Positions 1-8,650 of a DNA stretch of 58,853 nt are shown here, piece after piece. Within the stretch, counting starts at the first letter, position 1. Each line of letters begins with the position of its first letter. Made by a program: the position numbers and the translations under genes. Source of the DNA: an uncultured Spirochaetota bacterium (lineage in GTDB: Bacteria > Spirochaetota > Spirochaetia > SZUA-6 > CAVTHK01); contig CAVTHK010000018.1 of the NCBI GenBank assembly GCA_963734495.1, positions 1 to 58,853 of the forward strand, given 5' to 3'. The notes below the pieces were generated by a model that saw only the letters and a program-made list of their open reading frames with translations, was not told the DNA's origin and searched no databases.

Positions 1-2
1 AC

Positions 3-922
3 CACAGGATCAGGTTCACGCAGCCGGCTGCGCTCAACGACCCGATAGATTGCCATCCTTTGTTAACGTGCCGTGCGAGCTCGGGCAGCATACTCGGTAC
101 GTTGTACGTAGTGTACATATGCCGAGTGCCAATGAGTGGTACCACGTTCAGCTGATCGAATCCCGGGTGAACGAGTTCGGGATTCTGTCGCTGACAAAGA
201 ACCCGGTATCTTTCGACATGTGGAGCAAGTACGCAAATGGGCACAAGGGATGCCTCATCGAGTTACGCGCGGACTTCAATGCCCACAAGTCAATGTGTTC
301 GGAAGTCGGCGAGCCGTATCCCGTGGTTCCGGTAAGGTACGACGACACGTTCGAAATCGACCTGGCCGAATGCCGAGGTCCACGCGGTGGCCTTTTGTTG
401 CACGAATTTGAGACGCGGTTCTTCTACACAAAGGTGACCAGGTGGGCCGCTGAGAAGGAATTCCGTATGGTGCGTCCTCTCACGGATCTCGGCAAACAGT
501 CAGGAAGACTCCATGTCGGCACCTACCGAGACTTTGGCACGGTTTACCTCGGAGATTTGCCGCTCGATCTCATCAACACGGTTACATTCGGTGCCTATAT
601 GGCACGGGAAACCAAGCGCCAGATCATCCAGGCCTGCCACGGCACAAACATCCGGTTTCTTCAATGCATGTTGTTTCCGAAAGATAAGGACGAGAACGGT
701 CTCGCCCCCCAAGTCAGGCTTCTCGTTCTGGACGACCCCGCCCTGAGCAATCGCGTGCTCGAGATGCAGCCACAGCTGCTGCTTATGGGCAACGCAGACT
801 TGCTGCCGAAGCGAACAGTGCGGCTACGAACGACCTCAGAACTACCCTATTACGGCCTCAACCCTGAGCTCGTCGACGACCTTTTCCGTCGCCTCAAGAA
901 GCGACGGGGATGTAGAGAGTGA
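3..922 (+). CDS. DUF2971 domain protein (5' partial, apparent frameshift near 60); cassette 1
   Basis: Frame 3 gives IRFTQPAALNDP; ORF 50-922 has GILSLTKNP..MWSKYANGHKGCLIE and KVTRWAAEKEFRM, typical DUF2971 motifs. Confidence 0.8.
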   Translation, partial: QDQVHAAGCAQRPDRLPSFVNVPCELGQHTRYVVRSVHMPSANEWYHVQLIESRVNEFGILSLTKNPVSFDMWSKYANGHKGCLIELRADFNAHKSMCSEVGEPYPVVPVRYDDTFEIDLAECRGPRGGLLLHEFETRFFYTKVTRWAAEKEFRMVRPLTDLGKQSGRLHVGTYRDFGTVYLGDLPLDLINTVTFGAYMARETKRQIIQACHGTNIRFLQCMLFPKDKDENGLAPQVRLLVLDDPALSNRVLEMQPQLLLMGNADLLPKRTVRLRTTSELPYYGLNPELVDDLFRRLKKRRGCRE

Positions 923-954
923 AGCCGATTGGCCGAGGCTGGACTCGGGGTGGG

Positions 955-1069
955 TCATAACAAATCGTTGGAGTAGACGCCTTGAGGGCCGACTGGCACG
1001 GCCGGAGAGGCTACGATATACTGTGAGCTGGGGAGCTACTCGGCGGCGCTACTCAACTCTATGTTATGT
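955..1069 (+). repeat. attC site 1
   Basis: TCATAAC...GTTATGT; TTG[G]AGTAG[A]CGCC pairs with GGCGCTACTCAA leaving two extrahelical bases. Confidence 0.93.
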
Positions 1070-1117
1070 GCTAATGACTTTGTTAACTACATCATCACGT
1101 CTTCGTAGGGGCGGCTT

Positions 1118-2056
1118 ATGCGATACACGTTTAGACTACGCTTCAGACTCCCAGAAGTTCTTGCGATTGGTATGGATCTACCGAGGTGGAATATCACTCC
1201 GGATAGAGCAGTGCCCGAGGTATCGATCCGCTCCCCCGATGAGAAACCGATCAAAGACAGCAAGAACTTGGTAGCTCGTGGTGAAGGCTACGCCGCAGAA
1301 GCCGATGCCAAACAGGCCGGAGAATTTACCCGGAATGTGCTTACGTTGGCCTTCTCGCGGCAGAAGATAGGGGTAGACTTCGGGGACAGGGCTGCCAGGA
1401 GCGGATTCTTCCCTGCCGGCCTTCGAATGCTGGAAGAACAAACCGGCCGACGCGTGCTAAATGATGTCCATGGCTTGATGACATTCGAATCGGATCCACC
1501 TCCCGCCTTTTCCATCCCATCGGCTAGGGTCACAGTAGTTAAGAAGTTCGAGGATCTCCGCGCAGCAATAGTCCAAGCGCTGCAGTTTGCGCCGGCTGTC
1601 ACCGATCGTGATCGGCTCGCTTATGACCTTTTCAGTGCTTCGTTCTTTCAACCGGGACCAGACAGCAGGTTCCTTATGTTGATGATGGCGCTTGAGACTC
1701 TAATCGAACCGATGACGCGGTCTTCAGCGGCGGTTAGGCATGTTTCAAGGCTGATTTGTCTCACTCGCATAGTACGGGGCCTTACACAAGAGGATAGATC
1801 ATCGATCCGTTCGTCACTGGAATGGCTCAAGTCTGAATCGATAGGACAGGCGGGCAGAAGGCTTGTCTCCAGACTAGGGAGTATCGACTATCACGGAAAG
1901 ACGCCAAGGAAACTCTTTACCGAGTGTTACAACGTGCGCAGTAGCCTTGTGCACGGAGCCAGCCCCAGACCGACGACTTCGGAGGTGGGGAATCTATCAG
2001 CATCACTTGAGATAATGGTTGGAGACTTGCTATCTGGTCCTCTATTTGGATCTTGA
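1118..2056 (+). CDS. HEPN (ApeA-like) domain protein; cassette 2
   Basis: RFLMLMMALETL helix and C-terminal YNVRSSLVHG (Rx4H) motif. Confidence 0.7.
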   Translation: MRYTFRLRFRLPEVLAIGMDLPRWNITPDRAVPEVSIRSPDEKPIKDSKNLVARGEGYAAEADAKQAGEFTRNVLTLAFSRQKIGVDFGDRAARSGFFPAGLRMLEEQTGRRVLNDVHGLMTFESDPPPAFSIPSARVTVVKKFEDLRAAIVQALQFAPAVTDRDRLAYDLFSASFFQPGPDSRFLMLMMALETLIEPMTRSSAAVRHVSRLICLTRIVRGLTQEDRSSIRSSLEWLKSESIGQAGRRLVSRLGSIDYHGKTPRKLFTECYNVRSSLVHGASPRPTTSEVGNLSASLEIMVGDLLSGPLFGS

Positions 2057-2091
2057 TGACAAACCAGATATTTGTCGGTGCAACGGATAGC

Positions 2092-2206
2092 ACATAACAA
2101 ATCGTTGGAGTAGACGCCTGAAGGGCCGGCTGGCACGGTCGGGGAGGCCACTATATACTGTGAGCTGGGTAGCTACTCGGCGGCGCTACTCAACTCTATG
2201 TTAGAT
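2092..2206 (+). repeat. attC site 2
   Basis: ACATAAC...GTTAGAT; near-identical to attC1. Confidence 0.93.
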
Positions 2207-2292
2207 CGCCTCGGAATCGCCGCGAGCGGGTACCCTGCTTGTCAGGGGCGACTGTCCGTGGTCAGATAGGGGAGACTCGACTGGAGCGGTGC

Positions 2293-3555
2293 ATGAATAC
2301 AAAGTCGCTTCCCTTCACTGCCGATCGGCTCCGCGCGATAGCCGCGGAGTTTCCCACACCGTTTCACATCTACGACGAGCGCGGCATCCGCGCAACCGCC
2401 CGCAATCTGCTGCAGCGTTTTGCGTGGAATCCGGGCTTCAAGGAGTTCTTTGCCGTCAAAGCTACCCCGAACCCCTTCATCCTGAAGATCCTCAAGCAGG
2501 AAGGCTTCGGCATGGACTGCAGCTCCTTTCCCGAGCTCTTGCTCGCCGAAAGAGTTGGTGTTACGGGTTCCGGGATCATGTTCTCTTCCAACGATACCCC
2601 TGCGCCGGAGTACGCCAAAGCACGCGAACTCGGCGCCGCCATCAATCTCGACGATATCAGTCACATTGACTTCCTCGAGCGGAATTGCGGCCTTCCAGAC
2701 ACCATCTGTGTACGGTACAACCCCGGCAACTCGCGCGAGGGAAGCTTCGTCATGGGCCGGCCCGAGGAGGCTAAGTACGGGTTCACCCGGGAGCAGGTCT
2801 TCGACGGTCTCCGCATGTTGCGATCCAAAGGGGTCACCAAATTCGGACTGCATACGTTCATTGCCTCGAATGAGCTGAGTCCCCAGTACTTCGTTGACAC
2901 CGCCGAGATGATGTTTCAACTCGCTGTCGACGTACGTGAGCGGTTGGGGATACGGGTCGATTTCGTAAACACCAGCGGCGGGGTCGGAATACCCTACAGG
3001 CCGGATGACAAGGCAGTGGACTTGGGCTACGTCAGTGACGGCATACGCGATGCCTACGATCGACTGGTCAAGCCTGCCAAGCTGCACCCACTGTCACTCT
3101 TCATGGAACTTGGGCGAGCGATCACCGGGCCGCATGGATACCTTGTCGCACACGTGCTCCACATCAAGAACATCTACAAGACTCACGTCGGCCTTGACGC
3201 CTCTATGGCACATTTGATGCGGCCGGCGATCTACGGCGCCTACCATCACATAACGGTGGTCGGCAAGGAGGATCATCCTCTCGACCATACCTACGACGTC
3301 ACCGGCTCCCTTTGCGAGAGCAGGGACAAGTTCGCCGTCGACCGCGAGCTGCCTCGGGTGGATATCGGCGACCTGGTTGTCATCCACGACACCGGGGCGC
3401 ACGGCCACGCCATGGGCTTCAACTACAACGGCAAGCTTCGGTCCGCAGAGCTCCTGTTGCGCGAAGACGGCGATGTCGTTGAGATCCGCCGTGCCGAGAC
3501 GGTCGCCGATCATTTCGCGACTCTCGATTTCGCAAAGGTGGCCGACTTTTCCTGA
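2293..3555 (+). CDS. lysA: Diaminopimelate decarboxylase; cassette 3
   Basis: PTPFHIYDE, FFAVKATPN (PLP Lys), SGGVG, MELGR, GSLCESRD, HDTGAHGHAMGFNYNG. Confidence 0.93.
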   Translation: MNTKSLPFTADRLRAIAAEFPTPFHIYDERGIRATARNLLQRFAWNPGFKEFFAVKATPNPFILKILKQEGFGMDCSSFPELLLAERVGVTGSGIMFSSNDTPAPEYAKARELGAAINLDDISHIDFLERNCGLPDTICVRYNPGNSREGSFVMGRPEEAKYGFTREQVFDGLRMLRSKGVTKFGLHTFIASNELSPQYFVDTAEMMFQLAVDVRERLGIRVDFVNTSGGVGIPYRPDDKAVDLGYVSDGIRDAYDRLVKPAKLHPLSLFMELGRAITGPHGYLVAHVLHIKNIYKTHVGLDASMAHLMRPAIYGAYHHITVVGKEDHPLDHTYDVTGSLCESRDKFAVDRELPRVDIGDLVVIHDTGAHGHAMGFNYNGKLRSAELLLREDGDVVEIRRAETVADHFATLDFAKVADFS

Positions 3556-3558
3556 GGC

Positions 3559-3672
3559 GACTAACAAATCGTTGGAGCTGACGCCTTAGGCGCCGACTGG
3601 CGCGGTCGCCGAGGCTGGTATAGACTGGTTGCTTGAAAGCATGCGGCGGCGCAGCTCAACTCTATGTTAGGC
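3559..3672 (+). repeat. attC site 3
   Basis: GACTAAC...GTTAGGC; compensatory AGCTG/CAGCT stem versus AGTAG/CTACT in attC1-2. Confidence 0.93.
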
Positions 3673-3688
3673 CGAACTCTGTTGCTCG

Positions 3689-4765
3689 TCACCCGATCTT
3701 GACGATGCGTTTCTCCTCCGCCGACCGGTAGCAGGCCTCGACCAGCGCAACAGCACGCGCGCATTCGTCCGCAGGCGCGGGATTGTCTTTCCCTTCGGCG
3801 ATCAAGCCAAGGAACATGCCGATCGTACCGCCAGTCGTCTCATCCGACGTTATCTCCGCGCGCTTTCCGTCTGACATCAACTCGAAGCGCTTCCCAGTCC
3901 CGACAATTACTCCCGAGTCGCCGGCGATCGTGATCTGGGTGTTGCCCCAGATGTCTCCCGGATCGGTGTTTACGCCGTCGGTGTAGGCAAATGAGAACAG
4001 CACCCCATTCTCGAGCACCGCCTGGGCGCTGATTGCTCTTTCTGCCGGCAGGCCATCTTTTCTGAGGAAGCACGCGACCTCGCTCGCTCCCGAACCGCCA
4101 AACCAGAGCATCGCGTCCACCATATGAGTGTGCAAGTCAACAAACCACCCTCCACCCGCAACCCCTGGATCCGAGCGCCAGTTTCCTTCCTTTAGCCTAT
4201 CTTCCATAAAGGGCCGAAACTGACCGCCACGCTCGAGTGCGTTCTGCGCCCCCAACGGCTTGTTCGCGGGATCGTATATAAACACCAGGTTCGTGTGCGA
4301 TACCGTGCTGACTTGTCGAACCTTGCCGATTGTGCCTTCTGCGATGATCCTGTGCACCGCTCTCCAGATCGGATCGCACCGATATTTGTAACTCACCATC
4401 AGTTTCGCTTTGGCTGTCTTGGTAGCTGCGACCACTGCATTCGCATCGCGGCTGGACAGTGCCATTGGCTTTTCGACCAGCACATGCAGGTCCCGCTTGA
4501 GCGCCGCCATCGTCGGCTCCACGTGGAAGTCGTTCGGTGTGCACACAATCACTGCGTCCAGTCGTTCATTCTCCAGCATCGCCCGCCAGTCACCATAGGT
4601 GTTCCGTACGCCGGTGATCTTGGCTGCTTCAGCAAGCAACTCCTTGTTGCGCCGGCAAATGGCTGTAACAGCGGCACGACCATCTTCCTGGATACGTGTC
4701 CAGTGGCTCTGCAGCGCGAACACGCCGGCTCCGATGATCCCCACCCGGAGCTGATCTCTCGCCAT
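3689..4765 (-). CDS. Gfo/Idh/MocA family oxidoreductase; inverted cassette 4
   Basis: VGIIGAG, CTPNDFH, VLVEKPMA motifs; GGAGG RBS upstream of ATG 4765. Confidence 0.9.
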   Translation of the reverse strand: MARDQLRVGIIGAGVFALQSHWTRIQEDGRAAVTAICRRNKELLAEAAKITGVRNTYGDWRAMLENERLDAVIVCTPNDFHVEPTMAALKRDLHVLVEKPMALSSRDANAVVAATKTAKAKLMVSYKYRCDPIWRAVHRIIAEGTIGKVRQVSTVSHTNLVFIYDPANKPLGAQNALERGGQFRPFMEDRLKEGNWRSDPGVAGGGWFVDLHTHMVDAMLWFGGSGASEVACFLRKDGLPAERAISAQAVLENGVLFSFAYTDGVNTDPGDIWGNTQITIAGDSGVIVGTGKRFELMSDGKRAEITSDETTGGTIGMFLGLIAEGKDNPAPADECARAVALVEACYRSAEEKRIVKIG

Positions 4766-4861
4766 TTTCTTACCTCCCCCGCATTCCTTGCCGCCAAGTG
4801 TAGTGGAAGACACGAACAGCCCGCAAACGTCCGCCGCCGCCCTCTCAGGATATGGCAAGCC

Positions 4862-4969
4862 ATATAACAAATCGCTGTCGCCTTAACCGACGCTGGCACG
4901 GTCGGCTGGGCTGGTATAGACTGTGGACCCGGGATCTGCTCGGCGGCGCAGCTCAACTCTATGTTATGT
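4862..4969 (+). repeat. attC site 4 (L'' box deleted)
   Basis: ATATAAC AAATCG CTGTCGCC...CAGCTCAACTCTAT GTTATGT; lacks the 6-nt TTGGAG. Confidence 0.85.
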
Positions 4970-5115
4970 AGCACGCGCCCCTCGATACGCCCATAGTCCT
5001 TATGATGGGCTCGTCTTCACTCTTTTCTGGCGGCTTCGTACTTCACACGTTTAGGCGCACTCTCGCCAAGCACCGACGCGAGCATGGGCTTACTCGATGT
5101 CCCTGGATGCCCTCC

Positions 5116-5685
5116 TCATAGGAGGGTCTTTCCTACGGAGTAGGCATCTCCCAGAAGCGGACCGATGCCATGGTACTTGCGGTCTCCCGTACCGAATAGG
5201 ATGGGCTTGACTTTGGCCATGACTGGGTAGTTTCTTTCATTCAGAACTTCTTCGTCTGCCTTCACATCCACGATCTCCCCAATGAACTGGGTGTGCAGCC
5301 CCAGTTCGACCGTCTTGAGCAGCTTGCATTCGAGAATCAAAGGGAATTCCTTGATGTAGGGAGCATCTACCAGGTCGCTCTTCACGGCAGTAAGACCCGT
5401 CTTGGCGAACTTGTCGGCCTCTCGTCCCGAAGCGATACCTGCGTAGTCGGCTTCTTTCACGTGAGCCTCCGATGGAACACTCACGGTGTAGGCTTGACGC
5501 TCGAGAATGCACCCGTAGGTGTAGGTCGCCTTCCGAATCGATACGGTCAAGCAGGCCGGTTGCGAGCAGCAGATGCCTCCCCAAGCTACGGCCATCATAT
5601 TCGGCTTTCCCTCCCTGTCGTAGGAACCGACGATCCAGACCGGTGCAGCTAGAGCCAGTGTTTTCGCTCCGATGGACTTTTTCAT
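5116..5685 (-). CDS. Flavin reductase family (flavoredoxin-like) protein; inverted cassette 5
   Basis: PVWIVGSYD, NMMAVAWGG, SGREADKF, APYIKEFPLILEC, HTQFIGEI; GAGGAG RBS. Confidence 0.9.
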   Translation of the reverse strand: MKKSIGAKTLALAAPVWIVGSYDREGKPNMMAVAWGGICCSQPACLTVSIRKATYTYGCILERQAYTVSVPSEAHVKEADYAGIASGREADKFAKTGLTAVKSDLVDAPYIKEFPLILECKLLKTVELGLHTQFIGEIVDVKADEEVLNERNYPVMAKVKPILFGTGDRKYHGIGPLLGDAYSVGKTLL

Positions 5686-5993
5686 GCGTATCTCCTCTAT
5701 CGCTTTAGGTGCTTCTATCCATGGTTTCTCAGCTGCCTTTCCGATCGCGACTACGTCATTCCTTCGAGTCTTCCCACGGCAGCCCACGCACTCTACCACA
5801 AGAGAGCTGAATCCCGGACAAGGATCTCCTCAATAGAGCAAAGCCTACGTACGCGGGGCCGAAAGGCTGACGCAAGGGCCTGGAAACGGCCGCCGATTGG
5901 GACGGCTGGGCATGCCCCACTTGGCACTTCTCCTCGCGCGTGTAGACCCGTGTCCTCCTTCTGTCGCGGTGGCGCTGCCTCAATTGCCGGTGC

Positions 5994-6099
5994 GCATAAC
6001 AAATCGCTGACGCCTTAACCTTCGCTGGCGCGGTCGGCGGAGCTGGTATAGACTGTGGGCGGGAGCTACTCGGCGGCGCTACTCAACTCTATGTTGGAT
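5994..6099 (+). repeat. attC site 5 (L'' box deleted)
   Basis: GCATAAC AAATCG CTGACGCC...CTACTCAACTCTAT GTTGGAT. Confidence 0.85.
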
Positions 6100-6187
6100 T
6101 GCCCGGAAGCGGTTAAGAAGGCGATTCAAACGCCTACCCCGCAGGCTGCTTGACAGAGTCGACCGTGCTGCGACGAGGCTATCGCAG

Positions 6188-7258
6188 ATGTCCAATGACC
6201 GCTTGCCCATCGTAGACGCACACCTCGACCTCGCTGAGAACGTCACACTCTTTGGCTGCGACCTCCTTGTTACCGTCGCCGAGAGGCGCATACGCGAGAG
6301 ATCTCGGATTGCCCAAGCCACTGTGTCGCTCCCTGATCTGGAAAGAGGTGGTATCGCGGTGGTGTTCGCCACCGTCACCGCGGGCTTCCTCGAGGCCGAT
6401 GTCGGTGCCAACTTCGAGCCGCGGTCAGCTATCTACCACTCCCCGGAAGAGGCCGAGGCTCAGGCGCTGAAACAGATCGCCTTGTACGAGCAGTGGGCCA
6501 GGCAGGGGCGGATCCGGTTGCTCAAGTCCGTGCGTGACTTGCAGGATCATCTGCGGCTGTGGGTATCGGACGGCAAGCCCGGTGTCGTGATGCTGATGGA
6601 GGGTGCCGACCCGATTGTCGAGGTCGGTGACCTCTCGGCGTGGTGGCGGCGCGGCATCAGGGTCATTGGCCTAACCTTTGGGGACACTCGGTATGGTCAT
6701 GGCGTGCGCGGAGGCAGCCGCCACTTGAGGCGAGGAGGTCTGACGGAACAAGGTCTGAGGCTGCTTGAAGCCATGGGAGAGCGCGGCTTCGCTTGGGACA
6801 TCTCGCACCTGACCGAAGATGGAATCTGGCAGGGCTTGGAGATCAAGTTCCCACATGTCTGCGCTTCCCACGCAAATGCTCAAGCCCTGGTTCCTACCGA
6901 TCGGCACCTCAGCGATGCGGTTATTCGGGCTGTTGGCAACCAGGGTGGTGTGATAGGCCTTGTCCTGTACAACGGCTTTCTTGAACCCCGTTGGAAAGAC
7001 GACAAGTCCACGGTGGTTACGCTCAAGGAACATCTCGCGAAACACGCTCAACACGTGGCTGACCTGGTGGGGTGGGACAGTGTCGGCATCGGGTCCGACC
7101 TGGACGGCGGCTTTGGCGCTGACCAAGCGCCCGCCGAACTCGACACTGTGGCCGATTTGCACATGGTAGGCAGCGTGGTGCCGCCAACTGCTCGTGCGAG
7201 GGTGCTTGGTGCCAACTGGATTGGGTTCCTCGGCCGTTCGCTGCCGAAGACGGACTAG
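6188..7258 (+). CDS. Membrane dipeptidase (peptidase M19)
   Basis: VDAHLD, LMEGADP, DISHL, SHAN, GIGSDLDGG. Confidence 0.9.
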   Translation: MSNDRLPIVDAHLDLAENVTLFGCDLLVTVAERRIRERSRIAQATVSLPDLERGGIAVVFATVTAGFLEADVGANFEPRSAIYHSPEEAEAQALKQIALYEQWARQGRIRLLKSVRDLQDHLRLWVSDGKPGVVMLMEGADPIVEVGDLSAWWRRGIRVIGLTFGDTRYGHGVRGGSRHLRRGGLTEQGLRLLEAMGERGFAWDISHLTEDGIWQGLEIKFPHVCASHANAQALVPTDRHLSDAVIRAVGNQGGVIGLVLYNGFLEPRWKDDKSTVVTLKEHLAKHAQHVADLVGWDSVGIGSDLDGGFGADQAPAELDTVADLHMVGSVVPPTARARVLGANWIGFLGRSLPKTD

Positions 7259-7397
7259 GCAAACGGCGCGGCGGCTGAGACCCGGCCGTCGCGCGGTTCG
7301 TTCGGCCAGAGGTCAACGCAGCTATACTTTGCTGGAAGCGCACATCCGCAACGGCCGGTGGAGCACAGGGTGGCTCCGCGCGGGAGAGATTCGTGCG

Positions 7398-7751
7398 ATG
7401 AAGATCGGCTCAATCGTCATTCACTGCTTTGAGTTCGACGCGATGGTGGGCTTCTGGCAAAAGGCGCTGGGATACGTTCCCCGTGACCTCGGGTCCGATG
7501 GCTGGATGGTCTTGCGTGATCCAAAAGGCGAGGGGCCCAACTTGTCTTTTCAGAGGCGGGAAAAGCGACACGGCAGTCGAAACTGGATTCACCTGGACCT
7601 GTACACCACGGACCAGGCTGCAGAGGTGGCACGACTGGAGAAGCTGGGCGCCAGGAGGTATCCATGGCGGTACCGAGAAGGTGCGGATTTCGTCGTGATG
7701 GAAGACCCTGACCGGAATCTCTTTTGCATAGTGCAAAAACCGGCTCTGTAG
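7398..7751 (+). CDS. VOC/glyoxalase family protein
   Basis: FWQKALGY, RNWIHLDL, VVMEDPDRNLFC. Confidence 0.88.
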   Translation: MKIGSIVIHCFEFDAMVGFWQKALGYVPRDLGSDGWMVLRDPKGEGPNLSFQRREKRHGSRNWIHLDLYTTDQAAEVARLEKLGARRYPWRYREGADFVVMEDPDRNLFCIVQKPAL

Positions 7752-7921
7752 GCACGCTGGATCAGTCCCCGCAGCGGCCGTCCTGCAATCGCCCGCGCAC
7801 GCCTGTACGGACAAGCCCTGCCGGCACGGGTGCGTCAAGCGGTAGCAGCATTCGGTGCCGCGGCGCGAATTCGCCGCGTGCTTCGAGGTGTTCTGCGCTA
7901 CACTGTCAGCAGGAACGGAAC

Positions 7922-8536
7922 ATGTCACACCGCCGCAGCCCGCGCAACGATCACCGCAAGCGCCGGGGTCCACACCCCGCCCGCCGCGCCCTCTTCGCGG
8001 CAGCGGCGGTCGCTCTGTCGATCGCCGGCTGCGCCACCTCCCCCCGCGACGCACAGGCCTACGAAGGCCTGCTCGCCGCCGCGCAGCTCGCCATCAGCAG
8101 CAATCACCCCGATTCCGCGCTGCCGGACCTGCAGGCGGCCATCCGCCTGAACGGCAGAGACTACCGGCCCCGCGTGCTTTCAGGCACCGCCTACGAGATG
8201 CTGCACGAGTACAGCCGGGCTGCCCGCGAGCTGACCGTTGCACGATCGCTGGCGCCCGGCGTCAAGGAGATCCCCTTCAACCTCGGCAACAACTACTTCG
8301 CGCTCGGCCAATACCCGGCCGCGATCGACGCGTACAGCCAGGCGATCGCCGTCGACTCGACGTTCTCCAAGCCATACCTGAACCGGGCAAACGCGTACCT
8401 CAACCTGCAGGACCTTGGTTCGGCGCTCCGCGACTACAAGCGGTATCAGGAAGTCGCGGCGACGCCGCGCGAGGACGTGGCCCTGATGATCGGCCGGCTC
8501 GAGGCCTACCTCGCAGTCCATCCCGGCGGAACGTAG
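7922..8536 (+). CDS. TPR-repeat lipoprotein
   Basis: RRALFAAAAVALSIAGC lipobox; TPR patterns FNLGNNY..LGQY..AI..YSQAI, YLNRANAY. Confidence 0.8.
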   Translation: MSHRRSPRNDHRKRRGPHPARRALFAAAAVALSIAGCATSPRDAQAYEGLLAAAQLAISSNHPDSALPDLQAAIRLNGRDYRPRVLSGTAYEMLHEYSRAARELTVARSLAPGVKEIPFNLGNNYFALGQYPAAIDAYSQAIAVDSTFSKPYLNRANAYLNLQDLGSALRDYKRYQEVAATPREDVALMIGRLEAYLAVHPGGT

Positions 8537-8650
8537 TCGTCCCCGACTGCAAGGCGGCGGCCGGCCGCCGGCCCGGCGCGTCCCTTACCCCTTGATGCAA
8601 GGACCGCAGATTATGATGTTGAGCAGCGTCTACGTTGCCTTGAACCGGTC

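Larger units (their letters stand above)
1..6099 (+). mobile_element. Integron gene-cassette array (5 attC sites; integrase/attI not in window, either upstream of position 1 or a CALIN)
   Basis: Five ~106-115 bp related repeats with xxxTAAC...GTTRRRY ends, each directly following a single ORF; composition visibly less GC-rich than the core region. Confidence 0.92.

Noticed and set aside
993-1010. TGGCAC in attC loops as a sigma54 -24 box
   Set aside because: No TTGC -12 element at the required spacing, and two copies read TGGCGC
5804-5900. Resemblance to c-di-AMP (GCTGAATCC) or c-di-GMP-I (GAAA...GACGCAA) riboswitches
   Set aside because: Remaining conserved elements are absent and the strand is opposite to the adjacent gene
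955-6099. Repeats as CRISPR array, REP or MITE
   Set aside because: Units are >100 bp, separated by whole genes, and have attC R/L boxes with extrahelical bases; no cas genes present
7340-7370. Possible relic attC (ATCCGCAAC...GTGGAGC)
   Set aside because: Too little similarity and no right arm
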